This document shows, piece after piece, positions 63,104-64,000 of a stretch of 64,000 nucleotides of DNA. A program made the position numbers and the translations under genes. Every line of letters begins with the position of its first letter. The first letter of the stretch is position 1. Origin of the DNA: Chloroflexota bacterium (lineage in GTDB: Bacteria; Chloroflexota; Limnocylindria; Limnocylindrales; CSP1-4). The notes beneath the pieces are model-generated. The model was not told the origin of the DNA. It saw only the letters and a list, made by a program, of their open reading frames with translations, and ran no database searches. The stretch spans positions 39,405 to 103,404 of the forward strand of contig JBJMMR010000052.1 in the NCBI GenBank assembly GCA_045804645.1, given 5' to 3'.

Positions 63104-63142
63104 GGCCGCGGGTCCGTCCACCCCGCGGTCACTCTTTTTCTT
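63104..63142 (+). terminator. intrinsic terminator (9-bp GC stem, 9-nt loop, T-tract ACTCTTTTTCTT)
   Basis: GGCCGCGGG-tccgtccac-CCCGCGGTC followed by CTTTTTCTT. Lies 66 nt after the stop at 63038. Confidence 0.7.
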
Positions 63143-63218
63143 GCGGCGATCGTTCATGCCGGCGCCGCCCGTTGGAGGCCGCGTTGCGGCTGCCGCTGAC
63201 CGGCCCGTACGCGGCAGA

Positions 63219-63365
63219 CCGCTGCCTTGTTACATCACATGTTCCGACTGACGGCCGAAACCGATCTCTGGCGCCGTTTGTAACCTCACGCGTTCCATAC
63301 GAGGGCCAAGGTGCCCATCAACCTTCGTTCCGACGTCAGTTGGAACACGTCATGTACCAGGCGGG
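63219..63365 (+). repeat. composite inverted-repeat module 3
   Basis: Contains units B1 (63219-63252, reverse), B2 (63270-63303, reverse) and B3 (63336-63365, forward). It belongs to the same unit family as modules 1 and 2. The middle unit plus the adjacent GGCCAAGG is inverted relative to modules 1 and 2. Ends 135 bp before the ECF sigma GTG. Confidence 0.8.
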
Positions 63366-63499
63366 ACCACCCGCCCCGAGTGAGGGACCGCGGCTGACCC
63401 ACGCCCTGGCCGCACTCCAACGAGGAATGAACCCGAACCGCTTGCGCTCCGCCGTAGCGTGTAGGCGACCAGATCGGCCGCCCCCTAAAGGAGCGAAGC

Positions 63500-64000
63500 G
63501 TGCAGGCGGAGCTCGTCGAAAGGGCACGACGCGGGGACCGCGAGGCCTTCAGCGTCCTGGCCGCCGGCGCCGTCGATCGGTTGTACGCCATCGCTCGCCT
63601 CAGCCTCCGCGACACCGAGCTCGCGGAGGATGCGACACAGGACGCGCTGGTCCGGGCCTGGCGAGATCTCCCGACGCTTCGCGACGTCGAACGATTCGAT
63701 GCTTGGCTGTACCGCCTGCTGGTCAGATCCTGCACGGACATCGGTCGTCACCGCCGGCGGTGGCGCGCCGAGGTGACGATCCTGCCGGAGCCCGCTGAGG
63801 CTGATTCGGCCGCGGCGGTCGCGGACCGCGACCTGATCGAACGCGGTCTGCGACGGCTCACCGTCCCGCAGCAGACGATCCTCGTCTTGACCTACTACGT
63901 CGGCCTGTCTCCGAGCGAGACGGCCGATGCCCTCGAAATCCCCGTCGGGACGGCGAAGTCCCGGCTGCACTACGCCATCGAAGCGCTGCGAGCCGCACTG
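63500..64000 (+). CDS. ECF-type sigma factor (paralog of 59960-60526), open at the window end
   Basis: Absent from the ORF track because it has no stop within the window. GTG preceded by AAGGAG. My translation is VQAELVERARRGDREAFSVLAAGAVDRLYAIARLSLRDTELAEDATQDALVRAWRDLPTLRDVERFDAWLYRLLVRSC...QTILVLTYYVGLSPSETADALEIPVGTAKSRLHYAIEALRAAL. Confidence 0.88.
   Translation, partial: MQAELVERARRGDREAFSVLAAGAVDRLYAIARLSLRDTELAEDATQDALVRAWRDLPTLRDVERFDAWLYRLLVRSCTDIGRHRRRWRAEVTILPEPAEADSAAAVADRDLIERGLRRLTVPQQTILVLTYYVGLSPSETADALEIPVGTAKSRLHYAIEALRAAL

Overview
High-GC bacterial chromosomal window, probably Actinomycetota-like, though taxon and GC were not computed. It is densely coded on both strands, and many ORFs in the six-frame track are antisense artefacts of the GC bias. 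All calls rest on motif recognition by eye; no searches were run.

Gene content, in order:
- A minus-strand methylmalonyl/propionyl-CoA operon: pccB, biotin carboxylase, BCCP, then a methylmalonyl-CoA mutase truncated at the window edge.
- A divergent parA-parB pair, followed by a UbiA-type prenyltransferase, a PlsC-like acyltransferase and a GIDE-LemA pair.
- A histidine phosphatase, a TPR-adenylate cyclase, and several small DUF, VOC and DinB genes.
- A GH3 lipoprotein and a trio of sulfite-oxidase-like protein, ferredoxin reductase and DUF6510.
- Aquaporin-crcB-DUF190, an ArsB/NhaD permease and tRNA-Asn(GTT).
- A rhodanese, an FGE-arylsulfatase pair and dnaG-rpoD.
- A large secreted cell-wall-type protein, and BON and Gly-rich stress-like proteins.
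- A DNA-damage neighbourhood: DUF72, a UdgX-type glycosylase, an AlkZ/YcaQ-like glycosylase and a deaminase-VOC fusion.
- A GH18 lipoprotein, ArsR plus two MFS pumps, and an ACT protein.
- An XRE regulator, HAD and MBL hydrolases, and TetR plus ftsZ.
- DUF1684, a DUF922 lipoprotein, and two paralogous ECF sigma factors, one with a beta-propeller anti-sigma-like partner.

Most interesting non-genic signals:
1. Three copies of a ~145 bp composite inverted-repeat module, built from nine copies of a ~33 bp unit. They sit upstream of the XRE regulator (two copies) and the second ECF sigma gene (one copy). The middle unit is inverted in the third copy.
2. Four copies of a long palindrome (core GTCTTTGCGCAAAGAC) bracketing parAB. 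One lies inside parB. Two DnaA-box matches lie in the parA-pccB intergenic region. This may be a non-canonical parS array.
3. An ftsZ outside any dcw context whose ORF begins with a predicted transmembrane helix.
4. An 11-bp tandem array carrying GGAAC motifs upstream of an ECF sigma gene.

No CRISPR array, rRNA, transposase or integrase was seen.
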